Of a stretch of DNA of 64,000 nucleotides, positions 1 to 9,711 are shown piece by piece; positions within the stretch are counted from its first letter, which is position 1, and each line of letters opens with the position of its first letter. This stretch comes from a virus: the IMG/VR virus record IMGVR_UViG_3300028558_000018, positions 80,390 through 144,389 of that record. One strand, written 5' to 3'. A program made the position numbers and the translations under genes. Below the pieces are notes generated by a model. That model had not been told where the DNA came from. It did not search any database and saw only the letters and a program-made list of their open reading frames with translations.

Positions 1-295
1 GCTTATCAATCATGAGACTCCGATTATCAGTAGGTAAAATTCCAATATCATAACTATGACCCTGTAAATCCGCAAGATTCATTTCGCGAAGGAAGGCTTC
101 ATAAACTTTAATATCATTGGTTTTATATGTGCGGTCTTTCATTCCGCAAATTTCGTAAACGGTTTTATATTTGCCGTAAGGATTGGCGGCGGTAGGGTCA
201 AACGGAGCCGTGTCGATTAGCCCCGATGAATCAATTTTTGCCTGTCCATCGGCTGCGGTTAGTTCTTCAAATTTTACTTTAGATTTTTTAGCCAT
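1..295 (-). CDS. Hypothetical late protein, partial (runs off window edge)
   Basis: ATG at 295, 2 nt after the upstream stop; open to position 1 (MAKKSKVKFEELTAADGQ...). Confidence 0.75.
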   Translation of the reverse strand, partial: MAKKSKVKFEELTAADGQAKIDSSGLIDTAPFDPTAANPYGKYKTVYEICGMKDRTYKTNDIKVYEAFLREMNLADLQGHSYDIGILPTDNRSLMIDK

Positions 296-297
296 AA

Positions 298-1455
298 TTA
301 GGTGTTGTTAAAGGAGAGTAACCCATTTTTGTTATATTGGGAAATTTTTTCTTCGAAAAGATGACGATTTTGAGTTATATAAGAGATATTTTTCTCTAAA
401 GACTCTTGGGTTAGCATATATTTTTCGATAGATTCTTGTTCTTTGATATAATTTCTTGCGTTATCCCATTTACGATTTAATAGGAGGATTTTATCTTGGA
501 GTTTGAGGACTTCTTGGGCGATGATTACGGCACGAGAACCGCCGATATGATAAGTAACCGCCGAACCTCTTTTCCCAGTTTCAGAAACAAAAATATTAGA
601 TAAGGCTTTCGAGCTATATGGGGCGATTAAATCACACATAAATTTAACCCACTCACAAATTTCTTTAGTCCCCGTAATATTTATATCTAAAAATTTTCCC
701 ATTTTAGACTTTGGAGATTTTAATAGGGATACACTTCCGTCCCCGTTAATCAATCCAGCAAGATATGCCAAGCATTGTTCATAGTTTTTTATATTTGGAC
801 ATTTTAAAATTAGACTTTTATTAGGAATAATATTCCAATTTTTAGAGAGAGGTTCGATATATTCGGGACAGGATACTTGAAGAATAGAATATTTTGCTAC
901 TCTAGCCGGATATTGATATTCGGGATGAACTTTTACTTCTATTACCCGATCAACAACGGAAATTGGCCCAGAATATCCAATGCTATCGCGTATTTTACAT
1001 AAAAAATCATGATCTTTATTAGCTAATTTTATAGTTAGCCTATTTTTATAAACGTTCCCATCAGCAGCAATAAACCCCGCAATAGAGCAATTTTCCAAAT
1101 TAGGCTCATCAAAATATTCTCGATTTTTGTTATATTCAATTTGTTTATATAGTCCCATTTTGTTTGCCTGAATAACAACTTGGCTACGGTGCCGCCCAGC
1201 TTTTAATAAATGAATAAAATCTTCCACTTTATCAGCTTTTTGATATTTTTCTTTAATAATATCTAATTCCCATTGTTCATAAGGAATATTTTTCGCTATT
1301 GTGATACCTAATTCAGCACGCTTCCTACTTAACTGTTCGATAGAATGCAAGGGAAAATGATCCTTTTGAATTTGGCTAATCTTTTTAGAATTACCAATTT
1401 GTTTAAGTAGTTCAATTTCGTTTTGGCTCCAATATATTTTGTGACCTGTTGGCAT
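298..1455 (-). CDS. Free-standing double-motif LAGLIDADG homing endonuclease with N-terminal W-x3-E helical repeats
   Basis: Motifs IAGFIAADG and LAGLINGDG, C-terminal RKW; AT-richer than the capsid gene. Confidence 0.85.
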   Translation of the reverse strand: MPTGHKIYWSQNEIELLKQIGNSKKISQIQKDHFPLHSIEQLSRKRAELGITIAKNIPYEQWELDIIKEKYQKADKVEDFIHLLKAGRHRSQVVIQANKMGLYKQIEYNKNREYFDEPNLENCSIAGFIAADGNVYKNRLTIKLANKDHDFLCKIRDSIGYSGPISVVDRVIEVKVHPEYQYPARVAKYSILQVSCPEYIEPLSKNWNIIPNKSLILKCPNIKNYEQCLAYLAGLINGDGSVSLLKSPKSKMGKFLDINITGTKEICEWVKFMCDLIAPYSSKALSNIFVSETGKRGSAVTYHIGGSRAVIIAQEVLKLQDKILLLNRKWDNARNYIKEQESIEKYMLTQESLEKNISYITQNRHLFEEKISQYNKNGLLSFNNT

Positions 1456-1465
1456 AGCAATATAC

Positions 1466-1492
1466 TATACGCGATTTGGAGACTCATGTGAA
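1466..1492 (-). promoter_or_regulatory. Putative phage late promoter for the endonuclease
   Basis: TTCAC-N15-GCGTATA matches the motif upstream of other late genes. Confidence 0.55.
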
Positions 1493-1522
1493 CTATCGTG
1501 ACTACTATTTTAAGAGAAAAAT

Positions 1523-1554
1523 AAAAAACCCCGAAGATTTCTCCTCGGGGTTTT
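1523..1554 (-). terminator. Rho-independent terminator after major capsid gene
   Basis: AAAACCCCGAGGA-GAAA-TCTTCGGGGTTTTTT. Confidence 0.9.
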
Positions 1555-1576
1555 GATTTACTTACCTAAGTTGTTC

Positions 1577-2698
1577 TTAGATAATCAGACCTGTAAGCTC
1601 TCTAGCGTCACTACAGACAAAACCTTCATTAACAGAGGCATAGAAGCCGATTTTCTTCTGACGTTCCGCGAAGGAATTATCGGGAGTAACAACAACTTCG
1701 GAGTTGGTGTCGCTATCGGTAGCAACGGGACGGAACAGACCTTCAATGTTAGCGTTAAAAGCAATGCTAATTTGCTCGGTAGCAGGATTGAAGGCGGTCG
1801 TGCCCGCGCCAGTAGCATCAGGGAACGCGGTAGAACCAGCAAGCGCGCCGAACAGAGTGTTGTATTTGTAACCAACACCAAGCTCTTGCATCTGCATGAT
1901 GTTCACTCCGTAGAAGCTAGGAACGCCAGCGGATTTGTAAACCTCTTGACGAAGGGCGTCATGAGCAGGGATATTCGTAACGGTGCCGATGGTGTTCATG
2001 GGCTGGAAGGCGAAACCACGCAGCTTGCGGACAATCTCAGGAGAAACCGCGAGGTCCGTAACGCTATCAGCAGACCAAGTAGGAGTGCCGCCAGCGAATG
2101 AACTCAGAATACGGGAGCTAAGATTGAACAGAGCAAGGAAGTCATCAAGAACAATCGTGCCAGCGGTGCCAGAACGAATAACGTGTTTCTTAGCGACACC
2201 GTTGACAGGGGTTGAAGCCTGAGCAAGAGCGGCAAGAAGAACAGTCGCGGCGTTGAATTCTTTCTTAACGAGGAATTCCTGAGCCATTTTGTTCAACGAA
2301 CGAGCGACAATATCAATACGACCCTGAGCGGCGAATTTCTTGAGGAAAGCAACCGCGCTGTAGAGGTCATAAGTGGTGAATTTCAACTCTTGGAAACCAT
2401 GCACTTCGTTAGTAGGCAGACCGCCGGGGGTTGACTGTGACCAAACGCGGACATAATCAGTATCGCGAATGTCATAGAAAAGGTCAAGCGGGATGGAGGG
2501 CATACCATACTCGGGGAAAGGCAGCGGGTTGAACATGTTAGAAACAACCGGAGCCTGATTAATCACCTGTTGGATGATCGGGCCGACTGAAGCGGCGAAA
2601 GCCTGTTGAGCTTGACCCGCTTTGATCGGGTCTTTAGAAGCCATTGCTTTGATAAGCTCGATTTGCTCAACATTATTTTCTAGAACGATTTTATTCAT
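1577..2698 (-). CDS. Major capsid protein (HK97 fold likely)
   Basis: 373 aa; follows protease/scaffold and decoration genes; biased codon usage; strong terminator. Confidence 0.85.
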   Translation of the reverse strand: MNKIVLENNVEQIELIKAMASKDPIKAGQAQQAFAASVGPIIQQVINQAPVVSNMFNPLPFPEYGMPSIPLDLFYDIRDTDYVRVWSQSTPGGLPTNEVHGFQELKFTTYDLYSAVAFLKKFAAQGRIDIVARSLNKMAQEFLVKKEFNAATVLLAALAQASTPVNGVAKKHVIRSGTAGTIVLDDFLALFNLSSRILSSFAGGTPTWSADSVTDLAVSPEIVRKLRGFAFQPMNTIGTVTNIPAHDALRQEVYKSAGVPSFYGVNIMQMQELGVGYKYNTLFGALAGSTAFPDATGAGTTAFNPATEQISIAFNANIEGLFRPVATDSDTNSEVVVTPDNSFAERQKKIGFYASVNEGFVCSDARELTGLII

Positions 2699-2740
2699 AA
2701 TAATTATTTTTTAAAGGTTTTGTTAATAGTAAAAATCGTA

Positions 2741-3334
2741 TTAGAGTTCCAGTTTGAAGAAAGCGGAACCGCCAAGTTTGGAACCTGAGCTAGAGATAAA
2801 CTTACCAACGATTTGATTCGTGGCGTAACCAGTAGCAGCACCAGTGACTTGCGTAGGAGCGAGGGCGCGGATAATACCGTTGCCACCGTTATCAATTACG
2901 CCGACATAACCGGGGAGAGGAATGCCAACGTAAGCAGCGGAGGCGAGTTGGAGAATACCGCGAGTAAGGACCGGAACGGTTTGGCCGGAAACGATACAAT
3001 TAAGTTTCTCAATAAGCTGCGGGTGGAAAATCAGCTTTTCGCCGTTTTCGTCATACTCGCGAGTGTCCTTAAGAGTAATACCGAGAGCGGCATACTTGGT
3101 GTCGCCAGAGGCGGAAGGGGTAACGCGGGCAGTAGTGGCATAACGAACGCTATAAACATTCGGGTAAGTATTGCCGGGGGCGATATTGGTGTAACCGTCG
3201 CCAGAATCAGGCGCGAAGTTAACAATAGAAACAAGTTCGCCAGCTTGACCAGTATTAGAGTGGGCAAAAAGGGAGACTACATCGGTTTCGTTATATGAAC
3301 GATAAGGAAACAGTTTGTTGATAATAGTAGGCAT
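2741..3334 (-). CDS. Capsid decoration/cement protein
   Basis: 197 aa, G/T/A-rich, immediately upstream of MCP, similar codon bias. Confidence 0.65.
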   Translation of the reverse strand: MPTIINKLFPYRSYNETDVVSLFAHSNTGQAGELVSIVNFAPDSGDGYTNIAPGNTYPNVYSVRYATTARVTPSASGDTKYAALGITLKDTREYDENGEKLIFHPQLIEKLNCIVSGQTVPVLTRGILQLASAAYVGIPLPGYVGVIDNGGNGIIRALAPTQVTGAATGYATNQIVGKFISSSGSKLGGSAFFKLEL

Positions 3335-3383
3335 AGGAGGTAAGCTTTAGCTTATTTTGATTTTTGTTTTGTTAAGGTTAAAA

Positions 3384-4079
3384 TTATTTACGATTCGGCG
3401 CAGCGATTTTGATTCCCTTTGTGAAGGTTTCAGTCATACTAGCGAGAACGTTCTTATTAACGGAAAGTCCGTTGGTGAGAGTGATATTTTCGAGAGTTGC
3501 ACTTGCAAGTGCCTCTTCAGCAATTTGTTCGGGAGTTTTGCCATTCAGTTTTTCGGCAGAAGCAAGAGCAGAAGCGTGTTCTTTAAGGAACTCTTCTTTC
3601 ATTTTTTTCTTGGCTTCGTCTTTGTAAGCTTTGGATTTCTCCTTACACATAACAGCAAACTCTTTCTTAAATGAAGCGTAAGATTCATCATCGGCTTTAA
3701 TCTCTTTGATTTTTGAGGCCAAAACTTGGCGGTCATCGTCATCAAGATCATACTCAGAATCAATATCAGCCATACGCTCGTTATAAACTTCGGCCTTTAC
3801 TTTATTGAGTTTTTCGTTTTCGATATCTTGTAACTTAGCTTGAGTTTCGTTAAGTTGTTTTTGGACAGCTTGAACTTGCTCAAGGGCGGCTTTTGACTCG
3901 GTTTGGACTTTAGCAAGGGCTTCGTCTTTTTCAACCAGTTGCTTGCGCCATTGTTCGTCAGCGGCGCGAATACCACTTTTGAAAAGTTCGTCAATCTCGT
4001 TTTTAGCGGCAGTAGCTTCTAAAAGTTTGAAAGAGTCCCAATTAGCGGCGATATCTTCAATTTTAAGGATGGTAGGCAT
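3384..4079 (-). CDS. Putative nested in-frame scaffolding protein (231 aa, MPTILKIEDI...)
   Basis: Internal ATG preceded by late-promoter motif CATTTCAC-N15-TTGTAAAT (4097-4128) and an AT-rich leader. Confidence 0.55.
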   Translation of the reverse strand: MPTILKIEDIAANWDSFKLLEATAAKNEIDELFKSGIRAADEQWRKQLVEKDEALAKVQTESKAALEQVQAVQKQLNETQAKLQDIENEKLNKVKAEVYNERMADIDSEYDLDDDDRQVLASKIKEIKADDESYASFKKEFAVMCKEKSKAYKDEAKKKMKEEFLKEHASALASAEKLNGKTPEQIAEEALASATLENITLTNGLSVNKNVLASMTETFTKGIKIAAPNRK

Positions 4080-4964
4080 AATTTTATCTATTTTAGTATT
4101 TACAATTGTTTTTTGAGAATGTGAAATGAGAATTGCATTATTTTTCGCTGGTAATGAATTATTTAAACTTGCTTTAGCGGCGGCGTCATCAATAATTAAT
4201 GTATTATTCTCTACTTTTTTATCTAAAATAACCGCCACGCCTTCTACATCAGCGGCGGGATTTGTTACAAAAGAATAACCACCAATAATAACATCATCCC
4301 CAGTGATAACTCTATAAATTGGCTCGCCATCAACGAATCCGGGGCCACCTTTACATTTTAAAAAGGGTAAATATTTGACCTTTTCTTTTGGGTCGGAAAT
4401 TATTCTAGCGTTATTGATAATCTTAGAGCCAATCGCAATATCGAAGTCTTTAAAAAATATTTCCCAAGATAATGAAATTCTACCAAATGTTGGATGCGTA
4501 ACGTCCGAGGCATTGATTAGAACTTGAATTAGCTCTTTTTTAATTGCCTTCCAAACAACTCCGATAAGAGAAAGATTAAAAGTATCTAATTTACCCGCCT
4601 CTTCGGGAGTAATTAACTCATTGCTACCATAAGCAGATAAGCCGGGGTAAAGTAATGTTCCTATGACAATTTCCTTTTTATGGTCAACATTGATATATTT
4701 ATTTTTAGTAAATGGATAAAGTTCTAGAGCTTTTTCGACGGTGATTGAATCGCCATTAGAATTCGACATACCCGCAACTGCACCATTGGCCGCAAAATAT
4801 AATAAATCTGGATTCTCATCGGGGTCAACGCCTTCTGGAAGCAATGCTTTTAAATCGCTCAAAGAAGCTTTCGCTACCATTTCCTCTTTATCCGTAGGAG
4901 TGATAACATTTGCAAAACATTGGAACCTAGCGGAAAAAGGATATAAAGACGTGTCCAGAGGCAT
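3384..4964 (-). CDS. Prohead maturation protease fused to C-terminal coiled-coil scaffold
   Basis: YINVDH, SLSWE and YSFVTNPA motifs of HK97-type proteases; charged coiled-coil C-terminal half; between portal and capsid genes. Confidence 0.8.
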   Translation of the reverse strand: MPLDTSLYPFSARFQCFANVITPTDKEEMVAKASLSDLKALLPEGVDPDENPDLLYFAANGAVAGMSNSNGDSITVEKALELYPFTKNKYINVDHKKEIVIGTLLYPGLSAYGSNELITPEEAGKLDTFNLSLIGVVWKAIKKELIQVLINASDVTHPTFGRISLSWEIFFKDFDIAIGSKIINNARIISDPKEKVKYLPFLKCKGGPGFVDGEPIYRVITGDDVIIGGYSFVTNPAADVEGVAVILDKKVENNTLIIDDAAAKASLNNSLPAKNNAILISHSQKTIVNTKIDKIMPTILKIEDIAANWDSFKLLEATAAKNEIDELFKSGIRAADEQWRKQLVEKDEALAKVQTESKAALEQVQAVQKQLNETQAKLQDIENEKLNKVKAEVYNERMADIDSEYDLDDDDRQVLASKIKEIKADDESYASFKKEFAVMCKEKSKAYKDEAKKKMKEEFLKEHASALASAEKLNGKTPEQIAEEALASATLENITLTNGLSVNKNVLASMTETFTKGIKIAAPNRK

Positions 4965-4999
4965 AATTAATTATTACCCGAAATTATCTTAATTGGGAA

Positions 5000-6958
5000 T
5001 TACTCTTTGATTAAACCCTTAGAGTGGAGCATAATCGCCGCATTGTAAGAATCTAAATCAAATTCCTTCGCGATTAATTGAGCCGCGCTAATTACGGATT
5101 CGCTCTCGACAGGCTTTTCGTCATTAATAAACGAAGCGAGAGAAGTTTCCCATTGAGAAATTTCGTTCCCGCTCACAACTTGTTTAGTGATATTAAAAGC
5201 TACTTCTTTTTGCTCTTTATTTAATTTTTTAACGCTATATTTAGTCTTGAGTAATTTTTCCGCTGTAGCAGTTAAATTGCTAGATAATACATAGGTATCT
5301 TGAATAGCTTTTTGAGAATAAATATCACTAGCCTTGCCACTTTTGCTTTTCCCGCTCCCAATAGGTTTAATATTTTTAGTCGTCTGCGGAGCCTTACTTC
5401 CATCAGGACGACCATCATCTTTTTGACCTCCAATTAACGGCGCGTGTAATCCCTTGTCTTTCAAGTCTTTAAATTTCTCTTGGGATGATTCAACCGTATC
5501 AGGATCAGGGAGCAATCCAGTTTCCAATGTATCAAAAGTTTGCTCTGCGGTAAGTAACCCTAATTGGGCTAATTGAGTGATAACTTTAGCATACTGGATT
5601 TCATCTTTAAGGTCAATTTTTTCAAAAATAGGAATCGGGCAAGATTTAAACCCCATAGCTTCGGCAATATTGCGCATTTCAACCATTAAAAAGTTTCTAA
5701 GAAAAGCGTCTTGCCCCTCTTTAAGCCTTTCGATAAAGACTTTTGTTTTAATAAATTGATTAGCAAATTTTTCACTACCCATCAAAATATTCTGTAAGCC
5801 ATCTTGGATATCCTGATTGACAACCTCATATTTATCTTTACCTAAAATTTCGTGAATATCAGGGGTAATAAATTCTGCTTTAGTTGTATAATCAGAAACA
5901 ATTACGCGCCCCGCCGCACGATTTGCGAACAATTCTTGTAATGCTTTGATATTCTGATAGTTAATACCACCCTTTTCTTTTTCCGCGCCCATTGTCACTA
6001 ATAGAATAACGTTCTCAATAGTGCGAGTTAACGCCATGTCCATTTTCTTTAATTGCAATTTGTGTTCTATATCGTTCAACACGGGGAATCCCATTGGAAC
6101 GGCAAAAGGCTCATAGCTTTGTTTTTTATAAAACACATAAGAAAGTTTTTGCGGGTCGATACTTACATAAATTTCTTTCCACGCCGCGCCAACTGATGCG
6201 CGAATATATGATTTGGTTTCCTTGTCAAGGGAATCAAATACTGCTTTTTCTTCGCTGGTAACGGGTTGGCGTAAGCGTTCGATTTCAAAGCGCGATAACA
6301 TTCTTAAATATCTACCCGCGTAGCCAATACCACCTTCGATAGCAATGGATGCCGGATTAATGATAATATAACGAAGGGGAATTTTTTCCCTAGAAGCCCC
6401 CGCCGCCTGAAGTTTAATATAGTCGTTTTTGGAAAATTTACCATCAATTTTATAAAGAAAAACATTACCGCTACGATAATATTCACGGAAAAACTCTTCT
6501 TTAAGTTGACCTAAGTTAATCTTTTCATACCACTTATAAAAGAAACTGCGCGAGGCTTCGCTTCCACCGCGCAAATGAATTTTGGCAGTCGAAAACTCTG
6601 TCATTACGTCAATTGTATTTTTAAACACCGCGACATTGGCATAAGCTTTTTGGCAAAGAGTAATGCACTCGGTAATATTTAAATAGGCATTAGTATTCGC
6701 ATAAGGAAGCACGCCGCCATCTAAATTCGGAAATGCGTTATGAAAAATAGATTGGTCTACGAGAGAACTTTGCTGACGATATGTGCTACTATTGGACGCC
6801 TCCCCATACATATAAGAATCGCCGCCGTTGATTTCGTAATCAATTTTATCAGTTACATTAACGACTGGGACGGAAGGATTTCCACCAATAGCTTCTACCT
6901 GAGACTGCGCAGAACGTTGTTGCCAATAAGCGGATTTTTTATTATAAGAGCGGGCCAT
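5000..6958 (-). CDS. Portal protein
   Basis: 652 aa between terminase and protease; YYRSGNVF motif; helical. Confidence 0.85.
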   Translation of the reverse strand: MARSYNKKSAYWQQRSAQSQVEAIGGNPSVPVVNVTDKIDYEINGGDSYMYGEASNSSTYRQQSSLVDQSIFHNAFPNLDGGVLPYANTNAYLNITECITLCQKAYANVAVFKNTIDVMTEFSTAKIHLRGGSEASRSFFYKWYEKINLGQLKEEFFREYYRSGNVFLYKIDGKFSKNDYIKLQAAGASREKIPLRYIIINPASIAIEGGIGYAGRYLRMLSRFEIERLRQPVTSEEKAVFDSLDKETKSYIRASVGAAWKEIYVSIDPQKLSYVFYKKQSYEPFAVPMGFPVLNDIEHKLQLKKMDMALTRTIENVILLVTMGAEKEKGGINYQNIKALQELFANRAAGRVIVSDYTTKAEFITPDIHEILGKDKYEVVNQDIQDGLQNILMGSEKFANQFIKTKVFIERLKEGQDAFLRNFLMVEMRNIAEAMGFKSCPIPIFEKIDLKDEIQYAKVITQLAQLGLLTAEQTFDTLETGLLPDPDTVESSQEKFKDLKDKGLHAPLIGGQKDDGRPDGSKAPQTTKNIKPIGSGKSKSGKASDIYSQKAIQDTYVLSSNLTATAEKLLKTKYSVKKLNKEQKEVAFNITKQVVSGNEISQWETSLASFINDEKPVESESVISAAQLIAKEFDLDSYNAAIMLHSKGLIKE

Positions 6959-7040
6959 AAATGTTAAATTGTGACTTCAAAGTGACTTTACAGAGGAGAA
7001 ATACCCAACAAATTGTGCTTTGTGAAATGCTACTTTTACT

Positions 7041-8909
7041 TTAAACCGCAAAGGGCGTGAATGTAGAAGGAACATCTTCGATTTTAATATCTTGGGATGC
7101 GAGGTAGTTCTTTAGACACCAATTGGCGAGCATGAGAGAGCTAAATGAGTCCTTCCTAGCGCGAGTTGGGGACTTTGAGCGGCGCAAACTTTGGGGAAGG
7201 TCAAACGATAAAATACCGCCAGCGGAAGTGGAAACCTCAATTAGCGCACATTCTTTCTTTGTCAAATCAATAAGAAAATCTTGATTAGATATAAAAGAAT
7301 CAGCCTGTTCGTCTTTAAATTCTTTATGTTCTTTTAATATTTCTGGATAATCACCCCTCATAGAGTCAACTACACCGTCAACTGCACATGCTTTCCCCGC
7401 AAAAAGAATACTAGAATGGTCTAGACAAGATTGTAAATACTCGCAAGACGATCTTTGGAAAGAACTATTAAAGTTTTGCTTTTGAACAATTCTGCCTCCA
7501 GTTTTGTTATAAGAAACCCTAATTTGCCCCGCAACCTCGCTTTGACTGTCTTTGCCGAAATCAGCCTCTATCCCATGAAGCTCTAAATTGGCATTTTTAA
7601 ATAATTTAGACTCATTTGCCGAAGTTGTAAATTCGTTGTTACCCTGCGTAGAGTCTACTCCAATATAAACGATATTAAAATGTGTTAATAAATAGTATAA
7701 ATACAAAATATGGTCTTTTAAGTCACCACCTGCCACAGCATAAGAGTGGACGAGCATACCTATACGCTTACCATCTTTGCGTTCAATGATTTTTAATAAA
7801 CTCATCGCGAAATGGTCACTATGTTCCGCACTTGAAAACGAAGGGTCGATACCCAGAACGTATTCAGCGGTTTTTTCTCCTATAATTTCTATTGTGGGGC
7901 GTTGACCGTCTTTGATAGTGCAAATATCCATTTTTTTTGCACTAAAATAGCCCGCGCTATCACTAACAAATTTTGCGCCATATTCGCGGTCAATAATTGC
8001 TTGGGAAAGATTCCCACCCTCTACGTCTTTAATTACGCCTTTATCAAGCAAGTCTTCTGGCACGGCCTTATAACTAATTTGAGTGACGCAATAGGAAGCT
8101 ATTTTAATATCAGATTCAGTATCTTTATCAATTCTTTCTAGATACTTTTGATATATTTTATATAAATCTTCCCATTGATATGATGCGGAACTCAATAAAA
8201 TCATTTTTGAAGCAGATGCGAATACTTCGCGGTCTTCTTCTTTTAACATACCTCTCTTTATCAATTTTTCCTCTAATTCGCGTAATTTTAGTTTTTGTTT
8301 AATGTCACCGGACGCCACAAGGAAAGGCTTCAAAATAGTTTCAATAATAGCTTCTGAGATAAGAACCGCCTCATCAATAATCAAAACCTGACAGCGCAAA
8401 CCACGTAAGCCATCACCGCCAGAAAGAGGCACAGCGGTCAATGTTGATCCATTATTAAATTCATATTTAAAAATATCGTTACGACGAGATAGCCCGCCTT
8501 TAGTGCATTGTTTAATTAAATAACCTTCTTTACTTTCGATAATTTTTTCAAGATTTTCCAAGATACGTCTACTCGATCTAAAGTTCTGGCTTACAATGAG
8601 AACCGCAACTTTTGGGTTGAATAAACAGTATAAAACCGAGAACCATCCTACGATTGAACTTTTGCCGCCGCCGCGTGACCATATAGCCATGTTATAGTTA
8701 TGATGGAACCAACTACGAAGTAAAATAGCTTGACGAGGGTGGAGTTTAATGCCAAATAAAATCTCAACTGTAAATTGAAGATTATAAGTAAGAAACTTGC
8801 CGAGCAGTATTCGCGCTTGTTCGTCCTCAAGAGTCCCCTTTAAATCAAGAATTTCTTGATTAAAATCACTAAAATTCTTTTCTTGCCATTTTGGTTCAAT
8901 CCATGCCAT
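7041..8909 (-). CDS. terL: Terminase large subunit
   Basis: Walker A SRGGGKS, GLRG, Walker B LIIDEA, nuclease LGIDPS and RKDSFS. Confidence 0.92.
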   Translation of the reverse strand: MAWIEPKWQEKNFSDFNQEILDLKGTLEDEQARILLGKFLTYNLQFTVEILFGIKLHPRQAILLRSWFHHNYNMAIWSRGGGKSSIVGWFSVLYCLFNPKVAVLIVSQNFRSSRRILENLEKIIESKEGYLIKQCTKGGLSRRNDIFKYEFNNGSTLTAVPLSGGDGLRGLRCQVLIIDEAVLISEAIIETILKPFLVASGDIKQKLKLRELEEKLIKRGMLKEEDREVFASASKMILLSSASYQWEDLYKIYQKYLERIDKDTESDIKIASYCVTQISYKAVPEDLLDKGVIKDVEGGNLSQAIIDREYGAKFVSDSAGYFSAKKMDICTIKDGQRPTIEIIGEKTAEYVLGIDPSFSSAEHSDHFAMSLLKIIERKDGKRIGMLVHSYAVAGGDLKDHILYLYYLLTHFNIVYIGVDSTQGNNEFTTSANESKLFKNANLELHGIEADFGKDSQSEVAGQIRVSYNKTGGRIVQKQNFNSSFQRSSCEYLQSCLDHSSILFAGKACAVDGVVDSMRGDYPEILKEHKEFKDEQADSFISNQDFLIDLTKKECALIEVSTSAGGILSFDLPQSLRRSKSPTRARKDSFSSLMLANWCLKNYLASQDIKIEDVPSTFTPFAV

Positions 8910-9711
8910 TTTTATCCTTTTTGTTTTCTGGTTTCCAGTCTAGTTTATTCCACTTAGCCCTGTTATCTTTTCTCCAAAGCGGTTGTAAATTAGTATAATG
9001 AAAACATTTTTCCCAAGATTCCGGTTTAGAAAAATCAAAAGAATCAATAGGTAAAATATGGTCCAAATTCCACCCGTCCGGTTTATTATTCCAGTTCTCC
9101 CAATTCATTCCGTCCCGCCACCGAGAAGATATATGATCCCTAAAAAATTCGATAGTGCATCCTAATAGTTCTAAAGTTTTCTTAATTTTATATCCTTTTT
9201 TAGCAGCGCGAACGGTTTCCGATCTAAGAGAATGTATTAATCTATACAGAGGATCGTTTTTTCTTTTTTCTCGCAGTCTATTTCTAGCCTGTTCGTTAAA
9301 TTTTTCTCTATTTTTTAAAATATATGCCTTTCTGCGCTCTTTATTCTTTTTCTGATATTCTTTTGCGTATTCTTTTCTTTTATCCGTCCGTTGATATTTT
9401 AGATAATAATCCTTCAGTTTCTCCGAATTATCTTCTCGCCATTTATCGTGATACGCCTTCATCTTATCCTTGTTTTTGATCTGATATTCGGCATTTTTCT
9501 TATTTATCTCCCTTTTATTGTTAATATAATATCTTTCTCGCGAGGCTTTTACTTTTTCTTTGTTTTCTTCTCCGTATTTTTTAACTCTAATTTTAACACA
9601 TGCCTTGCATTTGTTTTGGCGAGTGTAATATTCGCAAATAGGTTTCTTTACTTTGCATTCGGGGCATATTTTTTCTGGCGTTTCGGGTATATTATTCATA
9701 ATAATTTGCAA
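8896..9711 (-). CDS. HNH endonuclease with N-terminal Cys zinc motif and K/E-rich linker
   Basis: CPEC..CKAC; WNLDHILP..HYTNLQPLW..NRAK. Confidence 0.85.
   Translation of the reverse strand: MQIIMNNIPETPEKICPECKVKKPICEYYTRQNKCKACVKIRVKKYGEENKEKVKASRERYYINNKREINKKNAEYQIKNKDKMKAYHDKWREDNSEKLKDYYLKYQRTDKRKEYAKEYQKKNKERRKAYILKNREKFNEQARNRLREKRKNDPLYRLIHSLRSETVRAAKKGYKIKKTLELLGCTIEFFRDHISSRWRDGMNWENWNNKPDGWNLDHILPIDSFDFSKPESWEKCFHYTNLQPLWRKDNRAKWNKLDWKPENKKDKNGMD

Noticed and set aside
298-1576. Group I intron or intein hosting the LAGLIDADG ORF
   Set aside because: Flanking genes appear complete, a terminator and promoter precede the ORF, and there is no room for an intron core or any intein Cys/His-Asn ends.
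1553-3674. Plus-strand and alternate-frame ORFs over the capsid and decoration genes
   Set aside because: Shadow ORFs caused by codon bias of the real minus-strand genes; no starts or motifs.
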